IMG/VR virus record: IMGVR_UViG_3300027852_000039
Location: 11,761 to 75,760 of that record
Source: a virus
Length of the DNA stretch: 64,000 bases
Reading direction: 5' to 3' (one strand)
Notes under the pieces: model-generated
The model's database searches: none
Seen by the model: only the letters and a program-made list of their open reading frames with translations
What the model was told of the DNA's origin: nothing
Program-made: the position numbers and the translations under genes
Shown: positions 16,434 to 25,904 of the stretch, one piece after another
Numbering within the stretch: the first letter of the stretch is position 1
Layout of the letters: every line of letters starts with the position of its first letter

Positions 16434-16481
16434 AGAATTATGCGAATCGCATAACAACATGAACGAAGTACGGAGGAAGCA

Positions 16482-16754
16482 ATGAAAAAAGCGAGTGCGA
16501 AGAAAAAAACGGAGAAGAGGAACGATGAGATGTTCAACGAGAATGCTTCGGTCTTTGCAATCAAATATAAACGGTATGGAGAACTCAGCGATAGACTCAT
16601 GGAGATTATCCATGTGAAAGTGGATTACTCCGAAGATCCTCTCCTTATGGCGAATGACGCGATTCGAAGGATGAGGAATCGCGCTGCGGATGCTCATCGG
16701 ATCCTTGAGTCAGCATACGTCCTGAAAAACTTCGAAGCAAAGAAAGGAGACTGA
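16482..16754 (+). CDS. hypothetical protein
   Basis: GGAGG RBS. Confidence 0.7.
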   Translation: MKKASAKKKTEKRNDEMFNENASVFAIKYKRYGELSDRLMEIIHVKVDYSEDPLLMANDAIRRMRNRAADAHRILESAYVLKNFEAKKGD

Positions 16755-16757
16755 ATC

Positions 16758-18308
16758 ATGAGAACACAAGACTTGAACTTCACGCATTATCACAACGCGG
16801 GGTTTCCGTACATTTGGATCGAGACGTTCGAAGCGGACCGATTGATCCGAGACATGACCGCGATGATCCCCGAGGAGGAGGAGGTCTTTCAGTGGGACAT
16901 GGTCGACGGGATCTACGAAGCGCGGTCCGGGAAGCACATCGAGATCGAGAGGAGCGACGATGATGATGACAAAGACGAGGGACCGAAGGCGCAAGACATG
17001 ATCGATCTTCTCGTGTCAAGGGACGGACCCGCGATCATGTTCGCGGTGAACTTTCATTTCGTCCTGGACGAGAGGGTCAACCCGGAGGAGAGAGCGGAGA
17101 TCATTCAGAAGCTCGTCAACGCGCGAGACGAGCTTCAGAGAAAGGGGAACTGCCTCGTCGTTGTCTGTCCGGTCCTGGAGATTCCGCTCGAACTGTCCAA
17201 GATATTTCAGACGATCGAGTTCGATCTCCCCACGAAAGAAAAGCTCCGAGAGGTCTTCGAGCAGCAAGCCAAGAACGCGAAGCTCCCGGAATCGAGCAAT
17301 GACCACATGGAGAGCGTTCTCGAATCGGCGGTTGGTCTGACAGCACACGAAGCGGAAAACGCTGCGGCGCTCTCTATTGCGGCGATCGACGCTCTCGACC
17401 CGAAGATCATCTCTCATCTTCGCGCGGATATGATTCGTCAGAGCGCGACTCTTGAGGTTGGAAGGTTCGAGAAGACGCTCGATGACCTGAAGGGGATGGA
17501 CGCCGTCAAGGGATACATTCTCGATTCCCTGAAGAGCGACAAGTACAAGGGGATCCTCCTCATCGGGATGGCGGGAAGCGGGAAAACGGAACTCGCGAAG
17601 ACGATCGGAGCGCACGTCGAGCGGGACACGATCATCGCGGATATCAACAAGATCATGTCGGAAGGAAAGGCGCTTGTCGGTCAAGCGGAGACGAAAGCGT
17701 ATCAGTCGACGAAGATCATCGACTCGCAAGGAAGTCCGATCGTCATGTTCGACGAGATCGAGAAGGGACATCCGGGAGCGCGCGCGCACGAAGGAGACGG
17801 GGGATCGAGAAGCGGCGTCGGCGCGATTCTTCTGAAGTGGTTGTCGGACCGTCCTCGCGGAAAGGCGTACGTGATTGCGACGTGTAACGCAATCGACAAG
17901 CTCCCTCCGGCATGGAAGCGCGCGGGACGATGGGACGCGATCTTCTTCGTGGACTTCCCGGACAAGGAGACGCGGGACGAGATCCTCGATCATTACTGCA
18001 AGATTCACGACGTCGATAACTTCGACGCTCCCGAGATGGAAGGATGGACCGGAGCGGAGATCGAGCAAATGGTCCTCAACGCGTCGATGTTGAATCGGAC
18101 CCTGAAGGACGCGAGCATGTTCGTGACTCCGATCGTGGAAGTGGATCCCGAGGGAGTGAAGGAGCTTGAAGACTGGGCATTCCCGAAGGGGAGAGACAAG
18201 AAGGGGCGATGTGTCCTTGCGACCACGAGGAAGAATCCGAAGGACAAGAAGATCGATCCGTCCGGATCGACCAGGAGAATCAAGCGGGACGGCGAGAGCG
18301 TCAACTAG
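16758..18308 (+). CDS. Ycf46-like AAA+ ATPase
   Basis: Degenerate N-terminal AAA (IWIETFEADR, NFHFVL, IPLEL, FDLPT); Walker A GMAGSGKT, Walker B MFDEIEK, LPPAWKRAGRWDAIFFVDFP. Confidence 0.92.
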   Translation: MRTQDLNFTHYHNAGFPYIWIETFEADRLIRDMTAMIPEEEEVFQWDMVDGIYEARSGKHIEIERSDDDDDKDEGPKAQDMIDLLVSRDGPAIMFAVNFHFVLDERVNPEERAEIIQKLVNARDELQRKGNCLVVVCPVLEIPLELSKIFQTIEFDLPTKEKLREVFEQQAKNAKLPESSNDHMESVLESAVGLTAHEAENAAALSIAAIDALDPKIISHLRADMIRQSATLEVGRFEKTLDDLKGMDAVKGYILDSLKSDKYKGILLIGMAGSGKTELAKTIGAHVERDTIIADINKIMSEGKALVGQAETKAYQSTKIIDSQGSPIVMFDEIEKGHPGARAHEGDGGSRSGVGAILLKWLSDRPRGKAYVIATCNAIDKLPPAWKRAGRWDAIFFVDFPDKETRDEILDHYCKIHDVDNFDAPEMEGWTGAEIEQMVLNASMLNRTLKDASMFVTPIVEVDPEGVKELEDWAFPKGRDKKGRCVLATTRKNPKDKKIDPSGSTRRIKRDGESVN

Positions 18309-18356
18309 AAGTTGAACAGAGATCTCTAACGACTTAGGAAACAGGAGGAGAACATC

Positions 18357-18824
18357 ATGAGTCACGTCGACGTAATGGAAGTCGATTGTTCCGACCTGGA
18401 CGTGGTCGAGGCGGCGATCAAGCGGTTGCACCCTGGAGCGGAACTTCGGAGGAATCAGAAGACATACGCATGGTGGGGACACTCGATCGGAGACTATCCG
18501 ATCCCGGACGGGTTCACGGAGAAGGATCTCGGGAAGTGCGATCACGCGATCAGGATCCCCGGCTGCGCGTATGAGATCGGGATCGTCAAGCATCCGAAGA
18601 CCGGACAGTACGTCTTCATCGCGGACTTCTTTCAAACGGGAAGCTTGAAAAGGATTTGCGGCGCTCACGGAAATCTGTTGAAGCAAGCGTACACCGTCGA
18701 GAAGACGACGAAGGCGGCGAAGGCGAAGGGGTTCAAGGTGAAGGAGACGAAGCGGTCCAAGCTGCGGCGCTTCTTGAGCCGCGACAAACAATCGCTCGGG
18801 ATTCAACTAAAGATCACGAGGTAA
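18357..18824 (+). CDS. DUF1257 (Ycf35-like) protein
   Basis: MSHV...DLDVVEAAIKRL, YEIGIV, Y.F.AD.F, LKQAY; follows Ycf46-like AAA. Confidence 0.8.
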   Translation: MSHVDVMEVDCSDLDVVEAAIKRLHPGAELRRNQKTYAWWGHSIGDYPIPDGFTEKDLGKCDHAIRIPGCAYEIGIVKHPKTGQYVFIADFFQTGSLKRICGAHGNLLKQAYTVEKTTKAAKAKGFKVKETKRSKLRRFLSRDKQSLGIQLKITR

Positions 18825-18838
18825 CGGAGGTCAACATC

Positions 18839-19045
18839 ATGACGAGAAGACTCAAAAAAGGCGAAGAGATCATCGTGAATTGTTACGATGACGGTGAAGT
18901 CGAGGTCAAGGCGAAAGGGTTCAAGGGAGGATCCTGTTATGAGGCAACGCAATTCCTGGAGAAAGCTCTCGGACGCGTTAAGAAAACGAGGAAGACTTCC
19001 GATTACTTCAAACAGCGGAAAGAACGAGAGCGTGTCCGGGGATGA
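18839..19045 (+). CDS. DUF2997 protein
   Basis: I.V....DGEVEVKAKGFKGGSCYEATQFLEKALG..T.DYF. Confidence 0.85.
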   Translation: MTRRLKKGEEIIVNCYDDGEVEVKAKGFKGGSCYEATQFLEKALGRVKKTRKTSDYFKQRKERERVRG

Positions 19046-19240
19046 GATCACGATGTTCTGTCGAGACGATGGAAAGCTCGAAATCCCGTGGTCGACACCG
19101 GAATCTCGGGACGTCCTTTGTGGCGTCTGCGAGAAGTGCGCGGGATGGAGAACGGAGAGTCGTCCAAGAGATTGTGTGGTCGGGAATCCGTGGTGCGGGT
19201 AAATTTCAAGACAATGTGATGTGCAACGGAGGAGAGAATC

Positions 19241-20203
19241 ATGAAGACGAAGAAGAAAGAAAAGTCTGAAGAGAAGAAGATCCCCGAGGTCTTCGAGTGC
19301 GGTCGACTCCTGAAGCTCCGCTTCTCCCAATGGCAAGGGAGGAAGAAGGTCGATCAGGATAAAGTCGAGTGCAAACCAGGAGATGACGGGGCGGTCGCGA
19401 AAGAAGGGACGTGGGACGCGAGGAAGTCCCTTGTCGATCGAGACAAGGCGATCCTTCCAATCAACAGGGTAAAGGGACAAACCGTCGCAGAAGTCGAGAG
19501 AAGGATGGTTCCCGGATGGGATGACCGCGCAAGCTTCTTCATCGCGAAGAACGACATCCTGTCGACGGAAGCGTTACTGAAGGAAATGAGCGTCCTGTTT
19601 TATGAGAAGGTCGAGACGCTCCATAAGGAGATGGAGAATCTCAAAGCGGAAGCGCGAGTGAACCTCGGTCCACTCTACAATCCGGAAGACTATCCGGACG
19701 ACGTCCGGAATCACTTCAAGATGTCTTGGAACTGGTTGAAGGTCACTCCCGAGAACGGTGACGACGTCCTCCCTCCCGAGATGCAAGCGAACGAGATCGA
19801 CAAGTTCAAGGACATGATGGGAGAGTTCCGAGAGACGGCGATGTTCAATCTTCGTCTCGCGTTCAAGGAGGTCGTCGGGGAGATCGTCGAGGGTCTGACG
19901 TCCGGATCGAAGGACGGGAAGCGGAAGGTCATCCGTGGGGACTTCGTCGAGTCCAGGGTCGAGAAGATTCAACACCTGTCCTCCCTGAACGTCTTCCAGG
20001 ACGGCGATCTTGAGAAGGAGATCGAGAACCTTCAGCGGATCCTGAACGGCGTCGACATCGAGGATCTGAAGGAGGACGAGAAGTTCAAGAAGCGGGTCCG
20101 GACCGAGGTCGGGAAGATCTCGAAAGCGGTCCGTCCCTGGATGGACGACGCTCCGATTCGGAGGATCATCCGTCCGTCCAGGTTGAAGCACCTGGATAAG
20201 TAG
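19241..20203 (+). CDS. DUF3150-like protein with C-terminal IRRIIRP
   Basis: L.FSQWQGRKK, KSLVD, LGPLYNPEDYP, F...W, LNVFQDGDLEKEI; typical neighbour of this AAA module. Confidence 0.7.
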   Translation: MKTKKKEKSEEKKIPEVFECGRLLKLRFSQWQGRKKVDQDKVECKPGDDGAVAKEGTWDARKSLVDRDKAILPINRVKGQTVAEVERRMVPGWDDRASFFIAKNDILSTEALLKEMSVLFYEKVETLHKEMENLKAEARVNLGPLYNPEDYPDDVRNHFKMSWNWLKVTPENGDDVLPPEMQANEIDKFKDMMGEFRETAMFNLRLAFKEVVGEIVEGLTSGSKDGKRKVIRGDFVESRVEKIQHLSSLNVFQDGDLEKEIENLQRILNGVDIEDLKEDEKFKKRVRTEVGKISKAVRPWMDDAPIRRIIRPSRLKHLDK

Positions 20204-20207
20204 GATC

Positions 20208-20253
20208 CCCGAGAATGGGGAAGGGGGACAAGGCGCTCCCCTTCCCTTTCGGG
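20208..20253. terminator. long GC-rich hairpin after the AAA module
   Basis: GGGAAGGGG/CCCCTTCCC plus CCCGAGA/TTTCGGG; no clear T-tract. Confidence 0.4.
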
Positions 20254-20304
20254 AGCGGGGGACATGCTCAGAATCGATTCTCGTAAGCGAGGGAGGACAT
20301 TCAG

Positions 20305-20574
20305 ATGACGGACGACGTCGTACAGAAAAACCGGAGGAAATACCTCGGATACAAGGTCCAGGGAACAGGAGTCGACGCGAAGATCATCGCCGTGGATCTC
20401 CGCGATGCAACGGGGGTCACGCTTCAGGAAGCGAAGAGTCAACTCCGGATCTATCATCTCGCGCAAGCGGAGCGTCTCGCGGGACTCGCGAGGATGCACA
20501 AGGACGCGGCGAAGAATGTCCGGTCGATCCGGAAGAAGGACATTCCGAAACGAGACAGGAGGAAGAAGAAATGA
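20305..20574 (+). CDS. hypothetical protein
   Basis: GGAGGA RBS. Confidence 0.7.
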   Translation: MTDDVVQKNRRKYLGYKVQGTGVDAKIIAVDLRDATGVTLQEAKSQLRIYHLAQAERLAGLARMHKDAAKNVRSIRKKDIPKRDRRKKK

Positions 20575-20852
20575 AGGCGATACTTCTCGAAGATCTGTCT
20601 CCGTCTTGTCATCGCTGCGGGGGACGGATGGAGTTTCACAGATGGAAGGACGGAGCGAACATTTGTCAAAGGTGTCAGACCGAGGTCGCGAATCTCAAGG
20701 ACGAGAGCGAGGAGTTTCTCAATTCGGAGGAGACGTGTACGGATTGTGGGGACACGGTCCGGATGGGAGACATCTCGATCGACAACGGCGGTTTGATGCT
20801 CTGCGAGTTGTGCGCTTCGTGGAAGAGAAGACCCGATCAGAGGAGGAACTGA
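20571..20852 (+). CDS. Zn-binding hypothetical protein
   Basis: Four CxxC pairs. Confidence 0.7.
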   Translation: MKAILLEDLSPSCHRCGGRMEFHRWKDGANICQRCQTEVANLKDESEEFLNSEETCTDCGDTVRMGDISIDNGGLMLCELCASWKRRPDQRRN

Positions 20853-20854
20853 AC

Positions 20855-21172
20855 ATGAAGGACTCGGAGTTATTGAAGGCGCTCAACGCGCATAGAGCGG
20901 TAACGAGCGAAGTGAGCCTCCTTCTTCAGACATACAGGGACTCGGAGATCGAGCAAGGAGAGGACTCGTACGGAACCTTCGCGGAGAGGATTGCTTGTGC
21001 GTGCGAGGATATCGTAACGCGTCATCGGTCGGAGTGGGAGTCGATGACGAAAGAGGAACGGAAGATCGCAGCGTCGCAGATCTTGAGCGCTCGAATGTTA
21101 TTCATGAAGGTCGTCCCGGAAGGATACGTCTCCGGATACGAGGGGAAGGTAATCACAGAGATTCCTTTTTGA
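20855..21172 (+). CDS. hypothetical protein
   Basis: GGAGGA RBS. Confidence 0.7.
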   Translation: MKDSELLKALNAHRAVTSEVSLLLQTYRDSEIEQGEDSYGTFAERIACACEDIVTRHRSEWESMTKEERKIAASQILSARMLFMKVVPEGYVSGYEGKVITEIPF

Positions 21173-21190
21173 AGGACGGAGGATCTGAAC

Positions 21191-21583
21191 ATGATGGAGA
21201 CGAAGAAAGGATCCGCGCTCCCGCTTGCGGAGTCGGTCGAGGCGTTCCTGTCGGAAGCGGAGTGCGCGCTCCACGAGCGCGATGTGATCGAGGCGAACGG
21301 GCGAACGTACTTGACCGCGTTCGGAATGCGACGGATCGCGAGAATGTATGCGAAGTATCATCCGAAGGAAGACCCGGAGGAGCAAACCATGAAGACGCAT
21401 CGTACGGATCAGGAAGGTCGGTTCAGAATGTGGATCCCGGAAGTATCGGAGGAGATCTTCGATCACTTCGCCGTGAAGAAGATCGTCGTCCAGGTCGAGA
21501 AGGATGGTCGTCCGACGAGCTTCGTCTTTTATCGAACGGAAGGAGAACAATATGCCTTCTCAGGCAAAATGCACAACCTGTAA
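21191..21583 (+). CDS. hypothetical protein
   Basis: GGAGGA RBS. Confidence 0.7.
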   Translation: MMETKKGSALPLAESVEAFLSEAECALHERDVIEANGRTYLTAFGMRRIARMYAKYHPKEDPEEQTMKTHRTDQEGRFRMWIPEVSEEIFDHFAVKKIVVQVEKDGRPTSFVFYRTEGEQYAFSGKMHNL

Positions 21584-21872
21584 AGTCCGGTTCGTTTGGG
21601 ATCCTGAGTATCTTCCGAAGGACGTCGACGCGGCGACGCGGAGGAAGGTGACGACGAGGATCAATCAACGGGGGAGCGACAACTCGATCACGAATGAACC
21701 ACTCCGGAAGCTCGCGTGTCGGCACTGCAACGGCGCGCTCGAAGCGACGTCGTATCATTCGAAGCTTCTGGTATCCACGGATCTTCCGGTCTATCGCGAG
21801 GGTGTCGAGGGAAAGCATCGGTCGTTCCCTCCGGAGTTTCGGAAGAGATCTCGGGGACAATTCTCTTCTTGA
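21552..21872 (+). CDS. Zn-ribbon protein
   Basis: CTTC...CRHCNGAL; similar to 22190-22429. Confidence 0.65.
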   Translation: MPSQAKCTTCKVRFVWDPEYLPKDVDAATRRKVTTRINQRGSDNSITNEPLRKLACRHCNGALEATSYHSKLLVSTDLPVYREGVEGKHRSFPPEFRKRSRGQFSS

Positions 21873-21935
21873 TCTCTTTATGCAATCCGCATAAACTGAA
21901 GTCATACCCTGAGACGAACCGGAGGAAAGGAAGAG

Positions 21936-22193
21936 ATGTCGAACGGATGCATCAAGAAGAGAAAGAGGAAGCTCGTTCCGTGGGATCGTGAATGGAAGAA
22001 CGTCAAGGAAGATGCGCGCTCGCTTACGAAGGAACTCGATTTTCTCGGGGTCGACAACCTGATCGTTCGGAAGCTCGATCTCAAAGAACTTCGAACTCTC
22101 CGCGCGGCGCTCCTGAATCTGTTTGTTCGCGCGGATCTGTACTATTCGATGAGACTGGAAGAGTCAATCGACAAAGGAGGGAAGAAAAAATGA
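21936..22193 (+). CDS. hypothetical protein
   Basis: RBS, coupled to next gene. Confidence 0.65.
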   Translation: MSNGCIKKRKRKLVPWDREWKNVKEDARSLTKELDFLGVDNLIVRKLDLKELRTLRAALLNLFVRADLYYSMRLEESIDKGGKKK

Positions 22194-22429
22194 ATGTCAT
22201 GGGCGCTGTGTGTGATGCGTGCGAGGTTGCGTTCGAGTCGAGGTCGGTCCCTTTCGACGTGAGGAAGGCGCAGTGTCTGTACTGCGGGGGGAAACTTCGA
22301 CCGCTGTCGTTCAAGGACGAGTACCCGAAGCTCACCGTCAATCCTCCGAGTCAGTACGGGAGAGCGACAGAGAAGACGGATCGGATCTTCGGGAAACCTG
22401 AGAAGTCAAGAGCATGGGGGACGGTATGA
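22190..22429 (+). CDS. Zn-ribbon protein
   Basis: CDAC...CLYCGGKL. Confidence 0.65.
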   Translation: MNVMGAVCDACEVAFESRSVPFDVRKAQCLYCGGKLRPLSFKDEYPKLTVNPPSQYGRATEKTDRIFGKPEKSRAWGTV

Positions 22430-22776
22430 AGACACCTAAATGGGTTTGGATTGTGATCGGGATCGCGGCGCTCGCGACGGTTGTGTCGATCGTCCTGGAC
22501 TTCATGAGTGTCGCGGAAGGATCCGAGGTCGGGACGATCTTCTGTTCCGGAAGAATCGTGGATGTCGGAGATCCGGAGATCGAGCTTCTCTCGAAGTGTG
22601 GAAGTCCGACGACGTCCTCGCCGTGCGATCAGGACTATTACTTCGAACCGAACCACGTCCGGAGGAAGTGTGTCGTCACGCATTACTACAACCGAGGGTC
22701 CGGACAGTTCATGAAGGCGGTTACGGTGAGCGGCGGGAGAGTGATCGGAATCCAGGATCTCGACTATGGGAACTGA
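22426..22776 (+). CDS. DUF2845-like exported protein
   Basis: N-terminal TM/signal; CSGRIVDVGD...LLSKCGSP...YYNRGSGQF...GGRVIGI..YG. Confidence 0.75.
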   Translation: MKTPKWVWIVIGIAALATVVSIVLDFMSVAEGSEVGTIFCSGRIVDVGDPEIELLSKCGSPTTSSPCDQDYYFEPNHVRRKCVVTHYYNRGSGQFMKAVTVSGGRVIGIQDLDYGN

Positions 22777-22848
22777 ACCCAAGAAGCCTATCCTTATCTC
22801 TATCGTGAACTTGACACGATGACTAAACCAAAAGGAGGATGTGAAGAG

Positions 22849-23265
22849 ATGTCTGAAAAGAATCTGAGTCTGAAGAGGGTCGCGAGGGAAGTTCTCGAAG
22901 CGTATCGACTCCGAAAGTGGATCCCTCGGGATCTCCTCGTGGACCTGGAGACGGCGATCAAGGAACCGAAAGCGACCGAGAAGGAAAAGGCGAAGGACGC
23001 TCCCTTCGAATGGGACAAGATCTCGAAGCTTACCGCACGCGGGAGGAACGGAAACTTCGCGGTTCAGGGGATCGAGATTGACCGTACGGCGCTCGTCGAC
23101 GGCGAGGGAGTGGGGACTGTCGCCCTCTTCTCGAAACAGCGCGGAAAGACCGCTCCCGTTCTTCTCACGGGGGAATCTCACGAGCTTGTCCCCATGTTCC
23201 GAGCGATCGCGGACATCCTCGAAGGGGACCATTCTCAGACGATCGCGCTCAAGTTCAAGATCTGA
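22849..23265 (+). CDS. hypothetical protein
   Basis: AAAGGAGG RBS. Confidence 0.7.
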   Translation: MSEKNLSLKRVAREVLEAYRLRKWIPRDLLVDLETAIKEPKATEKEKAKDAPFEWDKISKLTARGRNGNFAVQGIEIDRTALVDGEGVGTVALFSKQRGKTAPVLLTGESHELVPMFRAIADILEGDHSQTIALKFKI

Positions 23266-23278
23266 AGGAAGGGAGGAC

Positions 23279-23515
23279 ATGAACAAGAAGAGAAGAAAGA
23301 TCAACAGGATCCTTACGAACCCGTTCATGAAGGGAGAGGATCTCCGGAACCTCCGGGAGACGTTCGGGTGGACGCAATTTCAGGTAGCGACCATCTTGGG
23401 GGTGGATCAATCTCAGATCTCGCGATGGGAGACGAGGAGCGAGTATGTCCCGAACATGGCGCGGAAGCTCCTTCAAGATCACTGCGATGTTGTTCGGGAG
23501 AAGTACGGAGTATGA
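23279..23515 (+). CDS. XRE-family HTH regulator
   Basis: LRNLRETFGWTQFQVATILGVDQSQISRWE. Confidence 0.88.
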   Translation: MNKKRRKINRILTNPFMKGEDLRNLRETFGWTQFQVATILGVDQSQISRWETRSEYVPNMARKLLQDHCDVVREKYGV

Positions 23516-23665
23516 CAGGAGAGGAGAGAACGGTACAGAAATGACAACGGGAGATCTCGGGGAGGAGGTCGGTCCGATCACGGTCCGTTCTCGCTTCCTG
23601 AGTCTCCCGCTGTACGTTTGAGAGGATACCTCACCGAAAAAGTTCGGGTCAAGAGAAATTCGAGC

Positions 23666-23695
23666 TTGACAAGGCGACCCTCCATCTGAGAGACT
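23666..23695 (+). promoter_or_regulatory. putative promoter
   Basis: Perfect TTGACA, 18 nt, TGn-GAGACT in intergenic region. Confidence 0.35.
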
Positions 23696-23739
23696 TCCCG
23701 TCGTAATCCCCTTTCTTGATTCAAAACGATTCCCTCATG

Positions 23740-23797
23740 AAGCTCCGTCGCTTCGAGTCGACGATACGATTCGGCACGCTCGGAGCTTTTCTTTTTT
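23740..23797 (+). terminator. hairpin plus T-tract (intrinsic terminator or attenuator)
   Basis: AAGCTCCG/CGGAGCTT followed by TTCTTTTTT. Confidence 0.5.
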
Positions 23798-23832
23798 CAG
23801 GGGGAATCAACCGCGTCAGAGGAGGAGAAGAG

Positions 23833-24486
23833 ATGTCGAAAAAGAAGACAGCACGTCCGGATCCCTCCGGACTTCCCGTCGAATGGGTTCCTCTCGACAA
23901 GATCATCGAGTACGAACACAACCCGAAGAAACATCCCGAACATCAAGTGAAGAAGATCGCGGAACAGATTGAACTGTATGGGTTCCATCCCGCGATCGAG
24001 CTTGACAGGGACGGGGTTATCATCGCGGGTCATGGTCGCAAGCTCGCAGCAAAGCGACTCGGACGGAAGGAAGCTCCGTGCGTCCGAAGAAAGGATCTCA
24101 CGGCGAGGGAAGCAAGGGGCCGGCGATTAGGGGACAACGTTGTCGCGGAATCCCCGTGGGACGAGGATCTTCTCCGGACGGAGTTCGATGTCCTCGCAAC
24201 CGAGGAAGGGATGAGTCACGAAGAGATCGCGAAGATGAGCGGGTTCGACAAGGACGTGGTCGAGGATCTCTTGAAGGCGAGCGGGGAGGCGACGATCCCT
24301 CCGGACGGTTCGGAAGGTTCGGAAGGTGAGGACTCCTCGGGAGTGAAGACATACAAGAAGGATCCGAACATCATAATCCGGATCTCGGTTCATCCGGGAT
24401 TGTGGGCGGGGAAGCGGGACGAGATTCGTCAAGTTCTCTTTGACATGGAAAAGGCGTATAACTGCAAGATCTCGATCGAGGAGTAA
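23833..24486 (+). CDS. ParB/Srx N-terminal domain protein
   Basis: YEHNPKKH...IAEQIELYGF...IIAGHGRKLAAKRLG...GDN...SPWDEDLL. Confidence 0.9.
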   Translation: MSKKKTARPDPSGLPVEWVPLDKIIEYEHNPKKHPEHQVKKIAEQIELYGFHPAIELDRDGVIIAGHGRKLAAKRLGRKEAPCVRRKDLTAREARGRRLGDNVVAESPWDEDLLRTEFDVLATEEGMSHEEIAKMSGFDKDVVEDLLKASGEATIPPDGSEGSEGEDSSGVKTYKKDPNIIIRISVHPGLWAGKRDEIRQVLFDMEKAYNCKISIEE

Positions 24487-24487
24487 C

Positions 24488-24730
24488 ATGGAGTTTGTAG
24501 GTTCCAAGGAATCGAGGGAATGCTGTCAGGTCGGATCGTACGAACATCAAGTCCCGATGCCGATCAACGGAAGGCGGCAAGACATTGATTTTTGCATCGC
24601 GGACATAGTCGCGGCGCTGAACGCTGCGAACATCGTGACCATTGCTTTATGCTGTGGACATGGAATCATGGAAGCGAGGATCGACCTTCGGGACGGAAGA
24701 CGAATGATCGTGACGAATCCGAAAAGATGA
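24488..24730 (+). CDS. small CCGH-motif phage protein
   Basis: IDFCIADIVAALNAANIVTIALCCGHG. Confidence 0.75.
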   Translation: MEFVGSKESRECCQVGSYEHQVPMPINGRRQDIDFCIADIVAALNAANIVTIALCCGHGIMEARIDLRDGRRMIVTNPKR

Positions 24731-24740
24731 GGAGTGGTCC

Positions 24741-25394
24741 GTGAGCGATCCGTACGACGCCGACCGTTACGACTGGAAGCATTGTCCGGGGAATTGCGAG
24801 GAGTGTGAATTCGATCCCGAGAAGAGTTTGATAAAGGAGGGGTTGAACATGGGAGACGGAAACCGAAGGAGAGAAGAGATCCAGAAGCAAGAAGAGGAAG
24901 CGCGCGAAGCGTGGGGACTCCCTGAACTCGACGGACCGGAATGGAGAAAGCTCTTCGTCTACGAGGGGGAGATCCAAATCATCACCGATCGCGATCGCGC
25001 GGTCATGGAGTATCAACGGAACCTCTTGATGGACTATCTCCCGATGATTCTGAACATGCTTCTTGAGATCCATCCCATCACGTACGAAGAGTTCAACAGG
25101 GTCGTGGTCACGCAACCCGGAGTCCAGGAGAAGGCGCTCCTTTCTCTTGAGGAGAACTATCCCGCGATCGGAATAACGAAGGTCGGGGGATTGTGGGGAT
25201 GGTCGACCCTGTCCCTGATCGCAACGATCACGGAGATCCTCGTCGGGGATCGTCTTGCATTCCTCATCGACACACCCTCCAAGAAGGGAGGACGGTTGTA
25301 CGCGTGCGAATGGTACAACCGGGACTCCATCCCTCGACAGAACTTCCTGAACTGGATCACACCGAAAAGATGGAACACGACGGAGATCGGATGA
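24741..25394 (+). CDS. hypothetical protein
   Basis: Long ORF; start 24741 or 24849. Confidence 0.7.
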   Translation: MSDPYDADRYDWKHCPGNCEECEFDPEKSLIKEGLNMGDGNRRREEIQKQEEEAREAWGLPELDGPEWRKLFVYEGEIQIITDRDRAVMEYQRNLLMDYLPMILNMLLEIHPITYEEFNRVVVTQPGVQEKALLSLEENYPAIGITKVGGLWGWSTLSLIATITEILVGDRLAFLIDTPSKKGGRLYACEWYNRDSIPRQNFLNWITPKRWNTTEIG

Positions 25395-25771
25395 CCGAGT
25401 TCGTGCGAGTGTATCTCTGTACGCGGGAATCTTGTCGCGCGTTCTTCAATCTGAGCACGGAGGGGTTCGACTTCTGTCCGGGAGGTTACATGCTTCCGTG
25501 TCGAGACTGCGGCGGGGTCACGAAGTACAGGATCATTCCGAAAGAACTTCTCGAAGTCGAGCATATCGCGGGGAGAATCCGGAGGACGGAGAAGTCTCCG
25601 CTTGTATCGAACGACGGGGGAGTGTTGCTCCCGAAAGAACTCGCGGACTACCTGAAGGGATCGTTCGCGAAAACGCGTAACAGAGCGAAGGGGGACAGCC
25701 ATGCAGAAAAACAAAGAACGATTCATCAGAAAGTATTGAGAGTCGGGGGGAAGTATGTTCGTCGCATGTAG
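25391..25771 (+). CDS. Zn-ribbon hypothetical protein
   Basis: C....C...CRDCGG; ATGA overlap. Confidence 0.6.
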   Translation: MTEFVRVYLCTRESCRAFFNLSTEGFDFCPGGYMLPCRDCGGVTKYRIIPKELLEVEHIAGRIRRTEKSPLVSNDGGVLLPKELADYLKGSFAKTRNRAKGDSHAEKQRTIHQKVLRVGGKYVRRM

Positions 25772-25904
25772 ACACGCGGGGATCCCGAGAACCGTCTTCT
25801 ACCGATGGCGCAAAAGCGACGAGGAGTTCCGGAAAGAGATCGAGAAGGTCAACGCGGAGAACGTTGACAAGATCATGGACGCCCTTCAAAGGACGGGGAC
25901 ATGA
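25701..25904 (+). pseudogene. TerS-like HTH gene interrupted by in-frame TGA
   Basis: MQKNKERFIRKY*ESGGSMFVACRHAGIPRTVFYRWRKSDEEF...; TGA at 25737-25739; resembles 33084 protein. Confidence 0.6.

Noticed and set aside
25737-25739. Alternative genetic code (TGA recoding) suggested by the in-frame stop
   Set aside because: Many genes end in TGA with ATGA/GTGA coupling and conserved proteins are full-length in code 11
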